A stretch of DNA of 64,000 nt, taken from Anthoceros angustus (lineage: Eukaryota; Plantae; Anthocerotophyta). The stretch's first letter is position 1. Each line of letters opens with the position of its first letter. The position numbers and the translations under genes are program-made. Below the pieces are notes generated by a model that was given only the letters and a program-made list of their open reading frames with translations, had not been told where the DNA came from and did not search any database. Below are positions 38,499 through 50,699 of this stretch, one piece after another. Location: positions 620,001 to 684,000 of the forward strand of contig VJWM01000134.1 in assembly GCA_010909165.1 (NCBI GenBank), written 5' to 3'.

Positions 38499-41400
38499 TT
38501 GGCGTCATCTTCACTTTGTCGGCACACAAGGCCGCGCCGCCAAAAGGTTGCTTTCCGCCTTCCTGGAGAGGGTCCGTCCGCCATGGCCACAAATCTCCAG
38601 CTTGGCGATGCCACAGTGGGGGAGCATGCTCGTCGTTCTCCTCCCTCGCCGCCACCCATTTCACCTCCATCCGCCACAATCTCCCCCCATCTCAATCTGG
38701 GCCTGGGAGGCCCCTCCTCTTGCCAGACTCCCCCTTTTGCGCGAGCACAAAACGGCAGCTTCCCACGCATACAACCGTCCCCGGTGTCTAGTGCTATCAC
38801 AGCCCCAGCTCTCGGTGCCGGCGAGTCCTCCAGGAATCCCATCCTCTTGGATAGCTTCACCACCCCGCCGCGGGCACCGCACACATATGGCACAAGGCTG
38901 TGGGGATGGTTGGAGTCTGAAAATTGTACGTCCTGCAAGCAGTACAATGTTTTCGTAGCACCTGAACATATTTTGAATGACCATGATGTCTGCTTGGATG
39001 CTTCTTTGTACGAAGGCATTCCGCACCTCCAAGGCACAGTTGTCGCCGATATGCAAGCTCTCGGAGGTGTTGAGAGGCAGCTGCTTATCGACTTTGGCCT
39101 TGGTGGTTTCCACAAGTGCTTCTTCAAGCATGCTCTCATCTGCCGCCGTCCGATGCCTGCAGAGGGCACAACCGACTCATGCATGCTCTTGTTGTCTCCT
39201 GGTGAGGACGGGCCATACCACCCCGTGCGCTTGGACTTTGGGACCACGGTATTCGATTGTTTGGCCTTTGGATTAGAGAAGACGGTGGGGAAAGGCGACC
39301 GTCCGATCAAGATCGAAGTTGAAGAGACAGGAGCTTACCTCGTGCATCGATCGGTGGATGCCATTATCGGGCTGCTGGATGAAGGATGGTTGAGCGCTCA
39401 CCCTGTTCCTGCTCGAATGCAATGGCTTGCTGTTCCAGTAGCGAAAAATTATAGGCATCGAGGTTTTCGCCCGATGTCAATTCTGCGATACGGGCAAGGT
39501 GGCCAGATTTGCCTGATCTTTCACCTTGATTCACGGAGATGGCTGTGATTCACAGAGATGGCTGGTTGTAATTCAATGCCAGGTTGTCTTCATTCACAGA
39601 CAAATAAAGATCCACCTTCTAGCACATCAATCAATCTTTCGCGCCTAATTATGCATCTCTCTCATGTCTTCTTGCTAAGCGGCCTTCTCCTCCTTGGCGT
39701 CATCTTCACTTTGTACACAAGGCCGCGCCGCCAAAGGTTGCTTTCGCCTTCACGGAGAGGGTCCGTCGCCATGGCCACAAATCTCCAGCTTGGCGATGCC
39801 ACGGTGGGGAGCATGCTCGTCGTTCTCCTCCCTCGCCGCCACCCATTTCACCTCCATCCATCTCCCCATCTCAATCGGGCACAGGAGGCCCTCCTCTTGC
39901 AGACTCCCCTTTGCGCGAGCACAAAAGCAGCTTCCACGCCTTAGTCCGGTGTCTAGTGCTATCACACCCCGGCTCTCGATGTGCGTGTCCTCAGAATCCC
40001 ATCCTCTTGGATAGCTTCACCACCCCTTTGGCACCGTGACACATATGGCACAAGGTGCATGCAGGGATGGTTGAGTCTGAAAATTGTATCGATCACACTG
40101 CAGTACAATGTTTTCGTAGCACCTGAACATATTTTGAATGACCATGATGTCTGCTTGGATGCTTCTTTGTACGAAGGCATTCCGCACCTCAAAACACGAT
40201 TACGCGATATGCAAGCTCTCGGAGGTGTTGAGAGGCAGCTGCTTATCGACTTTGGCCTTGGTGGTTTCCACAAGTGCTTCTTCAAGCATGCTCTCATCTG
40301 CCGCCGTCCGATGCCTGCAGAGGGCACAACCGACTCATGCATGCTCTTGTTGTCTCCTGGTGAGGACGGGCCATACCACCCCGTGCGCTTGGACTTTGGG
40401 ACCACGGTATTCGATTGTTTGGCCTTTGGATTAGAGAAGACGGTGGGGAAAGGCGACCGTCCGATCAAGATCGAAGTTGAAGAGACAGGAGCTTACCTCA
40501 GGCATCAGATCGGTGAGTACTCTAATACCTCTTTCTCGTCGCCTCATGCCATTCGCCACATGTGGGATGATGAGTGGAACTCGAAGTTTCCTTTTCTCCA
40601 TCCTGCACCACAATCATGTTTGTTGCTTGCCACGCCATTCCTGCAACAAGGAGAAAAGCTTCCATCCCCGGTCAGCTTGTTTGGAAGGTTCTTTCACAAG
40701 AACCACTGGCGGAAAGTAATAGCCATGACCAACGACTGGGCCGCGGCCCACCCGCAGAAAATTGGAGTCCAGTGGAAGGAGCTCACCTTCTCAGAATTGA
40801 AGGCCTGGCTAGGGACTTGCATCTACATGTCTCTCCGCAGGCTCCCAACACGGCGGCTGTACTGGTCAACTAATCCGTTTTTTCAGTGTCTGCATCGAGG
40901 AAAATTGCAGCAGCTGTCTCATGGTGGGACAACCGTTTGGTCAACCTCCTTTCCACCAGGGTTCAACCAACAGCTGAAAATGGCGAGACCTGTGTCATTT
41001 CGCATTGGTCCCAACCAGACCAGAAGCGGGTGAATGTGAAGACTTTGCCGATAGTGGCTCACTACCAAGAACACATGCAGGGTGTCGACGTTGCTGATCA
41101 GCTTCGAGGCGGGATTTACAGCACGCAATTGAAAAGCCATCATTGGTATCAGAAACTGCAATTCTTCCTTTACGACACGGCTCTGGCGAACGCATTTGTA
41201 CTGTACAAGGAAATGTGCACCGAATCTGGGGTGAAGCCTATTTGTCGATACGTGTTTCAAGCTGAAATTGCGAATGCTTTGTGCAGGAAGTGGGGCAGGT
41301 CTGTGCACAGGAACAGGAGCGAGACTCTGCAACCTAATGCCGAATCGAAGGTAGTGCAGTACAGCTTCAGCATGCAAAACGCTCAACGCAGATGCAAAGT

Positions 41401-41505
41401 TTACTCCAAGAGGATGCGCCGGTGGTACCCTTTTGCGAGGTTCCTGTGTGTGATGGCGCTTGTTTTGTGAAATTGTACGGAGGAAGACTCAAGCAACAAA
41501 CATAG
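38499..41505 (+). pseudogene. piggyBac-family transposase with long unknown N-terminal region; central catalytic part deleted
   Basis: SPVSLFGRFF...VIAMTNDWA, ELKAWLG...LP...LYWS, WWDNRLVNLLST, YQEHMQGVDVADQL, KSHHWYQKLQFFLYDTALANAFVLY and a degenerate C-terminal Cys-rich tail (RRCKV...CEVPVCDGACF). 38160-39347 is duplicated as 39348-40515. Confidence 0.85.
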
Positions 41506-42834
41506 TGCAATTTTGAGCTAGTTCCTTGTTTTGCAAGCCCCCCAAGCCCTCCAATGTACACTCCTGCTGGAGTGACTGCCGCATGGAGCATGTTCAGTGG
41601 CCGTGGTGCAATTTTGTTCACAATTCTAGAAACTGTCTACACTCGTGATATGCATGGGAACACCAGAACAACCTATTCCCACAGAGGCAGATGGAGGACA
41701 TCTCCATCTGCTACAAGCTCTGGGAAGAAGCAATCATGGTAACCTACCGCGGAGTGACCAGAATCCCACCGAATATGGGTAGAACGCATGGGGCAGCGCG
41801 TCAAAATTGATTGCAAGTGCGGGAAGTTGGACATGGGAGAGGCGGGAAGGGACTCACCCACAAGCATAAGAGGAGAATGGCGAAGCCTCCTCCTCACAGC
41901 TGCCTATTTTGCTTTCCTTCTCGCTTGTGCTTTCCAATAGTGTTTTCCGACACTTCTATTGCTGTGTGCCCCAGCGCGCGGGAACTAGTCATGGCAGGAT
42001 TCTCCCCAGAGGCCAACAACAATAGTCGCGCAGAAATAGAGAGCTTGTGGGTGCATTGAATATGGCAAACTGTGTTCTTCGTTGTGCCTAGCCATGTGTT
42101 CAATGCTTGTATGGGATCGCTTGCTCACTGTCTTGTTGGATATTGGAGCTTGTGGCAGACAATTTGACGGCATATATGTTGCCACGACGCAAGAAAGTGT
42201 GGGGACCGAGCAAGTTTTCCTTGTCTCGGAGGTGGAGGAGGATGACAGAGAGACGAAGGCTACATGCGATGTTGCAGGGCCGCTGAGCTTGATCACTTTA
42301 CCGGACATCCCCGCACCCCCCAAAGAAGAGACCCGCGTGGAGGCAACCGGCCAGGTCTCTGCTTGCAACACCGACAGTGATGACGCCCTCATCGCTGCTG
42401 TGATGAGGGAGACATCCGCCGATCGACATCGAACGGGGGGGTTGAGGAACGAGGTAGGGAGGAGGGCGCCTCGGAAACGAGGATGGCTGGGCGAGTATCG
42501 GCGGGGGATGACGCCAGTTTGGGAGTGGGAGAGCCCCAGGCACGTCCATAGCACGGACTCGGCGTGTGCTCGGGCATACCGCGGTGGACGGTTGCAAATG
42601 CCTTCTATTTGGAGGCGTGCGTGATGAGAGACATCCGCCGATCGACATCGAGCGGGGTTGAGGAACGAGGTAGGGAGGCGCCTCGGAAGCGAGGATGGTG
42701 GGCGGTATCGGCGGGGATGGCCTTGATTTGGGAGTGGGAGAGCCCCAGGCACGTCCATAGCACGGACTCGGCGTGTGCTCAGGCATACCGCGGTGGACGG
42801 TTGCAAATGCCTTCTATTTGGAGGCCGGCGCGTG

Positions 42835-43071
42835 TGATGAAATAGGTCACTATTAGGGCACTCTTCACTAGGGCACCTAGAACTTAATGATTTATTTATT
42901 TGGATAGGGCATTAAGTAGTTTAGGTAGTTTTCTTTAGTTGGTTACTTAAGTGGTTATTTGTTACAACCACTAGGTGGTTATAACCACTTCTAGCCTTCT
43001 ATATAAGGCATGTACTTTCTATCAAATGTAATGCAACACATATTGCTAGAGCTTGTGTATGATTCTCATCA
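42835..43071 (+). repeat. 5-prime LTR
   Basis: Matches 50463-50699 with 2 substitutions seen by eye. Confidence 0.97.
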
Positions 43072-43083
43072 TGGTATCGAGCA
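43072..43083 (+). promoter_or_regulatory. Primer-binding site (initiator tRNA-Met type)
   Basis: TGGTATCGAGCA directly after the LTR, one base short of consensus TGGTATCAGAGC. Confidence 0.85.
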
Positions 43084-43876
43084 CACTTGCTCTTTGTTTG
43101 CTTGTGCATCCTCATGCATCTAAGTAGCTTATCTAGGAGACACTTTCTAATCTAGCATTTGCCTAGATGGATTGTGTTTATCCTAGAATTGCTATATTTG
43201 CATGCATTTTCTTTATGCTAACATTTCTCTTCTAACAATGCTTTTATGCACTAATTCTTTGTTCTTCCTCCATGGATTTGTGTTCCCTTAGAAGGAGAAG
43301 GCATAGAGTTAAGAAGAGAAGTAGTCTGCAAGACAACAAGAACAAATTAGGAGCCCAACACATAGAAGCAATAGAAGACAACAAGCTATAGAGGAGAGAT
43401 AGTAGAAACCTCCTCTTGTATAGCAAACTTCATTGCATCTATTTTAATTTCTAAACCGGATCAAGGGAAGTTTATCAAGCTAGCTAGACGTGATTTGCTA
43501 GAAGTTTTAGTCCAATTCACGTCAAGGCATTAGAATTAGCTCTCCAACATATCCCAAATTTGAATCGGTATTAGTACTCCTTTATCTTCTAGTCGCAAGA
43601 CAAAAATAGCATAGAAACTCTTAGATTTCAAGAAATTGATAGTCAATTAGCAACTCTTAGAATCCAATCCTTTGATCTTAAGGGAGAATTATCTGAATTA
43701 AGGACAAAATTGTCTATTCTCTCTAAGGTTGATAATGCGCAGAGATTTGAGAGCATGCTATCATCATCCGAATCGACTATGATGCAAGAGAAGAGTTTCG
43801 TGCATGCAATAGAGAAGATGAGGGTCAGATCACGAGGCCTAGTCCTCTAAATCACCTACAATGGCTGGAGTGATCA

Positions 43877-46800
43877 ATGATGAAGAACAAAGCTCCTAAT
43901 TCCCCATTGGGTAATGATAATGCTAACACTTCATTGCATTATCATTATGGTGACAGCTTCAAAGAGAAAGATAGATTCAATGGAAGGGATTATGACATCC
44001 GGTCATTGAGAATGCGAGGAGCTTTGCGGCAAAGAGACCTTTGGGGCATCGTCGATGGATCAATTCCAAGGCCACACGCCCGATTTGAACGTGAACTTCA
44101 ACCTTCCGGGACGCTGGACGAGAAGGCACAAGATTTATTGGTCGGTGGACTTTCTCAACATATGGTGAGACATGTCGCTGCAAAGACCTCCAAGGATATG
44201 TGGACTCACCTTGCTCAATTATATTCATCTCGAGATGTAATGAGTATTGTTGCGACTTCACGTAACTTCCGCAACCTCTCAATGAAGGAGTCCGACACCA
44301 TCGAACATCATGTTAATGCATTTCGATTGGCACGATCCCATTTGGAATCTTCAATCGTACCTATCTCGGAGATGGAGGCTTACGTCATTCTCTTATCTTC
44401 ATTGCCACCTTCTTATAGGGCTTTCATTACAACTCAAAATGCGTGATTAATGTCGAAAAGCTGCGGATGAAGATCCAAATGAAGAGCCGACATCGGTGTT
44501 TCCGAACTTATTGGAGCATTGCTACAGGAGGAGGCAAGCGACGTCATCATCACTCCGAGCCAACAAGCAGTGATGTATTCACAAAGGGGTAGAGGAAGAG
44601 GACGAGGGAGGCCGAGGTTCTACTTTCCACGACCCCATATCCTGCACATACTTTCCATGATGGAGAGGCATCTTCTTCAACACCGCAAGAGGTAACAAGA
44701 AGATCGGGATTATATGTAATTGGTGCGTAATCCCAAATCACATGGAAAAGGATTGTCGTAGAAGAAGAATGGGGAACCTCGCAAGGAGGCCCCACAGCTA
44801 ACATTGCGTGAAGAAACAATCTTCCTCAACTCCAGCGGTGCTCACTGTGTGCTTGGCTTCTTCCAAGCCCTCCAATACCTCATGGTACTTAGGCAGTGGA
44901 GCTACTTCACATATTTGTTACAACGAAACTCTTTTGAGTCTTACTCACCACAGGACATCGGTCTCCTCCGGAGATGATCACAACCTACCCATTGCGGGTG
45001 TTGGTTCGATTGTATTCAAGTGTGATTCGGTCGTTCTTCATCTTCATCACGTCCTCCATGTTCCTTCAATGTGCAAGAATCTAGTATCACCGCAAGTCTT
45101 TGTCAAGAACACACTGCGGTGATCCTTTATGCGATAGTTGTCTTCTCTCTTTCATAAGTGATAGAAACTATACAATCGAGCACTTTAGATGATGGTCTCT
45201 ATAGATTGTCGACAAGTGGGAGCCACCCATTCGCTAATGTTGCCATTCCAAACCCATGACACCTACCCAAACCATGCTTTGGCATTGTCGCCTTGGTCAT
45301 CCTAATAGTCAAAAATTAATCCAAATGTCTAAGGGAGCTTTATATAGAACCCTTGCCTTGCAAAGGTTGAACACCTACCTTGGTGCGAATCTTGTGTCCT
45401 CACTAAACGACATCAAGAGCCTTTCAAAATAAATCTCCACAAAGGGCCAAGTCACCTTTAGAGATAGTGCACAGACATTTGTGGACCCTTGTCTACACCC
45501 TCCTTTAGTGGTAGTAGATATTTTTGACCTTCAGATGATTTCTCTCGTTTTGTCTTTTCCTACATCCCGAAAAACAAGAGTGATGCCTTTCACTTCTTCA
45601 AGGACTACATGAAATGGGTGAGAGACTTACAGATCACAAACTCAAGACCTTACGTTCCGACAATGGTGGAGAGTTTACATCTCGAATTTGAGGATTTTGT
45701 CGAGTGAAGGTATAGCTCAACAACTTACGATTGTCTACACTCCTCAACAAAATGGCGAGCCGAGAACAAGAATCTACGCCTCCAAGAGATCACAGTTGCT
45801 TATTGGTACAAGCTAAGTTATCTAAGGCTTATTGGGCGAGGCCCTCCTAAGAACCTATCTCATGAATCGATTGCCTACATCAGCAGTTCAAGGTATGACT
45901 CCATATGAAGCATTCATTGGCAAGAAGCCTTCTATTGACCACCTTCAATTTTTGGATCCCGCATATGTTTTTATTCCCAAAGCATTGCGTAAGAAGTTGG
46001 ATCCCAAAGCAAGTACACTTTCATTGGCTACAAGGTATCAAAGGGTACAAATTGTTCAACCCTTCTACAAGGCAACTTTTATACGCCCGGAGTGTTACTT
46101 TTCATGAGTCTTACCTCTTTTCCCCCACAGTGGGAGCTGATAGGCTTGGTCCTCCTCTTGATGAGACCATTGACCCTTCTTATTTTGATGATACTGATTA
46201 TTTCACTCCATTTCCCATTCCTGCTTCTCGTGTTCCTTTAGTTGAACCTATTATGCAGGAGGAGGAGGAGTTAGCATCTATTCCACAACCTGGTACAACT
46301 CAACCAGACGAACCTGATGTTGACATCCCAGCAGAGGCGCCAGTTGACACTCATGATGATGAGTTTGATGACCCTCTGGAGGATGACATTGTGGAGCCAG
46401 CAGATCCTCGCTGATCCCGCCTCCTGGATGATGCACTGCACAAAGGTACAACCTTAGATCCCGACCTACTATCTCGAGTCCTGCAGTTGGAAGGAACCTC
46501 CTTTAGGATACCTAGCTGTTTTGATGATCCTATACCCCTATATCACTTTATTCTCAAGCTGTCTACAAGGCAACTATAGACCCGGAAGAACCTCTTACCT
46601 TAAAACAAGCTTTCTCTCCGAAAAGACTTATGGAAGGTAGTCAGATTCAATATAATTCCCTAGTTAATAACTCTACATGGAATTGGTCAAACCACCTAGG
46701 GGTAGGAAGATAGTAACCAGCAAATGGGTATTCAAAATTAAAAGAAAAGGAGATGGTTCTATAGAAAGGTATAAGGCACGCCTAGTAGAGGTTTTACACA

Positions 46801-48123
46801 AATTCTGGTCTAGATTACATACCTTGGGCCACTTATGCCCCAAGAGCCAAATTTGCCACACTTGAATGATATTTGCCTTATGTGCCCAACATGATCTTGA
46901 ACTCCACATGATGGATGTTAAGACAGCATATTTGTATGGGCGCCTGCAAGAGGAAATATACATGAGACAACCCGAGGGTTACGTCAAAGGCAAGAAGATT
47001 GGGTATGCCGACTCATCAAAGGTTTGTATGGCCTTAAGCAACAAGAATTGGAACTTAACCATACATGTACAACTTATTGGGAGAGGATTTAAGCAAAGCC
47101 GGTGATGCTTGTATGTACATCCTAATATCCGCAATGATATATTTTATCTTCTACTTTATGTTGATGATGTTTTTATGGCAACAAACTCCCTTACTCTCCT
47201 AGCGAAACTAAAGCATGGCTTAGGACTCTATTTGAGATGTCCGATCTAGGAGAAATGACATATGCACTTGGTGTTAATATTATACGAAATAGAGGTAATA
47301 AGACTCTAAGTATAGTTCAAACCAAGTATATTAAGGAGAGTTTAGCTAAATTTGGACTTGAGGATGCAAAGCCCGCACCCACACCTTTTGCAAGTGGTGT
47401 TAGGCTTACCTCGGATATGAGTCCCAAAACATGAAGAAAAGCTAGAAATGTCTAGTTCCATACCGACATCTTTGTTGGCACTCTAATATATTTATGCAAT
47501 TTTACGAGACCGGATATATCTTTTGAAGTCGGCCTCGCTCACAATTCTTGGAGAACCACGGGCGTGAGCCTTTGGATGTCTGAGCGTATATTCGGTACCT
47601 TAAAGGCACTATGTACACAGATCGATGTTCAAGCATACACCAGCTATCACATTAACTCTAACGGCATATGTGATGCCGATTATCTTTGGTGACCACGATA
47701 CAAGAAAATCAGATCGTTATGTATCGCTTGGAGGAGCACCAATATCATGGTCAAGTAAGAAACAACCTACTATAGCTTTAGCAAGTCCGAGTATGAGTCC
47801 TAACCTCGGCTAAAGACATAGTGTGGTCTAGGTTAGTTTTGAGTGAACTTCACCATCCTCAACTTAAGCCTACATCTTTGTTTAGTGATAGCCTGTGGTG
47901 CCATTGCACTTGCACGAACTGCTTTTCATTCTAGAACTAAACATATAGCGTTGAGTATCACTATATAAGAGAAAAGTTAGAAGATAAAACTATAGATATT
48001 AGTTATGTTCAAACTTTAGATAATGCTTCTGATTTATTAACAAAGTCATGGGGAATTGAGTTACATAGGAAGAATATGAAATGTTTAGGTATTACGAACA
48101 CAGAGCCCAAACCTCCAGCCTAA
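43877..48123 (+). pseudogene. Copia gag-pol polyprotein (many frameshifts)
   Basis: Gag DLWGIVDG, zinc knuckle CNWCVIPNHMEKDC, protease WYLGSGATSH, LWHCRLGH, RSDNGGEF, TPQQNG, GIKGY, RT KWVFKIK...YKARLV, MDVKTAYLYG, LYVDD, RNase H WSSKKQ and TKHI. Confidence 0.93.
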
Positions 48124-50450
48124 TACTCATCCTAGCAGCTAGTGGGTAGATTTAATATAACCTCAAAGTTTTAGCCCATATTGTTTTTATTTTTCACAAA
48201 CTTATTTCTTCCTCCTCTATCTCAAAATAGCTATTGTCTTTTCCTTGTTCCTCATAGACGGTCCATAAACATCCTGGAATATTTATATTTAAAAATAAAA
48301 ATAATATTTAAGCAGTATTTATGTGATTAAATCAACCATAAATATTAGTTATGTTCAAACTTTAGACAATGCTGATTTATTAACAAAGTCATTGGGAATT
48401 GAACTAGGAAACACATGAAATGTTTGGGTATAATGGACACGTCCAAACCTTCTACCTAAAGTTCATCCTAGCGCTAATGGGCCTATTTAAGATAACCTCA
48501 AAATTTTAGCCCATATTGTCTTACTATTTTTCTGAACTTATTTCTTCTTCTATCTCAAAATAGCAAATATTGTCTTTTCCTTGTTCCTCATAGGCGGTCC
48601 ATAAACATCCTGGAATATTTATATTTAAAAATAATTAATGCGTTTTGTATGCATTAAATCAACCATATTTTTCCTAACACCAATCACACTTACGGAAAAC
48701 ATGAGTAGTGTGCCCTGGAAAATCCAAACTATAGGCACATTTGGTTTTGATCATATGGATTCCGTCACTTCACAAACATATAGTATGGGACATCCACCTT
48801 GCTAGGGCCTCCTTTTGTCAATACAACTACTTTATCATAATCACCTAATGGGAGATATTCGATCGTAAAAGCCTATACTCTTCACTTCATTAGGCTGATG
48901 GATAGTTGTAGTCTTCGCACCAGGACACACAAGGATGCAAGGTTAGAACAATAAGTTACAAATTGAAAAGGAAACAAAACTAGAAAGAAATTAGGAATCA
49001 ACATATACCTTTTCATTTTCCTTTCCTTTCCTTTTCTTTCAGTTTTCCTTTCCATCCTTCTTCCTCTTTTCTTCTCTCCTTCATCCTCCACGCACCCGCA
49101 TCAGTGCCACCAACACCAAAGGAAGGGATGGTCGACACTTCAAAGTCGGCCATCCCCTCACCACAAGACCTCCATTAGCCCGGCTACCGCCTGAGGAAGG
49201 GCGCCCCCCCGGTGGAGGCGCACGCATAGGGAGGCCCATGATACCGCAATGCATTTTTCTTTCCTAGGCCTTTCTTCACACATTGGAAGTTCTTGGGGCC
49301 CTCTCTCCTAACAATGAAGACATGAGGAAATGAAGACACACAAGGATCGCAAGGTTAGAACAATAAGCCAAATTGAAAAGGAAACAAAACTAGAAACTTT
49401 AGGAATCAACATATACCTTTTCATTTTCCTTTCCTTTCCTTTTCTTTCGATTTTCCTTTCCATCCTTCTTCCCTCTTTTCTTCTCTCCTTCATCCTCCAC
49501 TTGCACCAACACCAAAGGAAGGGATGGTCGACACTTCAAAGTCGGCCATCCCCTCACAAGCCTCCATTAGCCCGCGCGCACGAGGAAGGCGCGTCCCCCG
49601 GAGGCGCGCGCATAGGAGGCCCATGATACACCTGCGGGCATTTTTCTTTCCTAGGCCTTTCTTCACACATTGGAAGTTCGGGGCCCTCTCTCCTAACAAT
49701 TTCTGCGACAGGACACAAGACACACAGCAACACCACAACGCCGATTATACCAGAGCAAGAGATTGGAGATCATCGTCTCGGGTTGTTTAGCCTTCTTCTT
49801 CGAGGACTCCAAGATGATATAGGTCTTCTCCTCGATTTCGGTGTTTGAGAGCTGGTGTGTGTTCGAGATGTGTGGAGCAAGTCTTCTTTGACGAGATTGG
49901 GCGGGAGAAGCGGAAGATTTTGGAGAAAGATGCCCAGAATCTCCCATGGGCATCCCTCTCCTGGGGACGCCCTCACGGATTGAGGGAGGCGCGGCCGCGG
50001 GGCGGGCGCCGCGCGCGCCCCGCGCCTTCTCCGCCGTGCTGGGCCGATCGGCCGGGGCGCCTTCTCGCGCCCGTGCGCTGCGGCGGCCGATCGGCGGGGG
50101 GCGCCCTCGTCCTCTCGCCATCGCCACCTGCAGTTTGATGAGGGAAGGAGGGGTAGGAGCGGGAAGGCATGTCAGAATTCTAAAACTGACCCGTACATGG
50201 GCATGTGATGCCCATGGATGGTTAATAACCATCCATTTACGGATTTCCCGATAAATAGTTATTTTTCCTTTTTTTATAAATTGCTATTTTCCTTTTAAGC
50301 TCAATTATGAATATGCTTAATTTCCAACTTAAGTTCCCTTTTACTTAATGCTTTTAAGCTCACTTGACTTTAGAACTAGTTTTCAGTTCTAGGCATATTT
50401 TGACTTATTTTGAAGCTAGAGTAATTCTCTATCATCACACCCTAGTTCGT

Positions 50451-50462
50451 AGTGAGTGGGAG
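50451..50462 (+). promoter_or_regulatory. Polypurine tract
   Basis: AGTGAGTGGGAG directly before the 3-prime LTR. Confidence 0.8.
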
Positions 50463-50699
50463 TGATGAAATAGGTCACTATTAGGGCACTCTTCACTAGG
50501 GCACCTAGAACTTAATGATTTATTTATTTGGATAGGGCATTAAGTAGTTTAGGTAGTTTTCTTTAGTTGGTTACTTAAGTGGTTATTTGTTACAACCACT
50601 ATGTGGTTATAACCACTTCTAGCCTTCTATATAAGGTATGTACTTTCTATCAAATGTAATGCAACACATATTGCTAGAGCTTGTGTATGATTCTCATCA
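50463..50699 (+). repeat. 3-prime LTR
   Basis: Direct repeat of 42835-43071. Confidence 0.97.

Larger units (their letters stand above)
42835..50699 (+). mobile_element. Full-length Ty1/copia LTR retrotransposon
   Basis: 237-bp LTRs (TGATGA...TCATCA), TSD GCGTG at 42830-42834 and 50700-50704, PBS, PPT and gag-PR-IN-RT-RH domain order. Confidence 0.97.
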
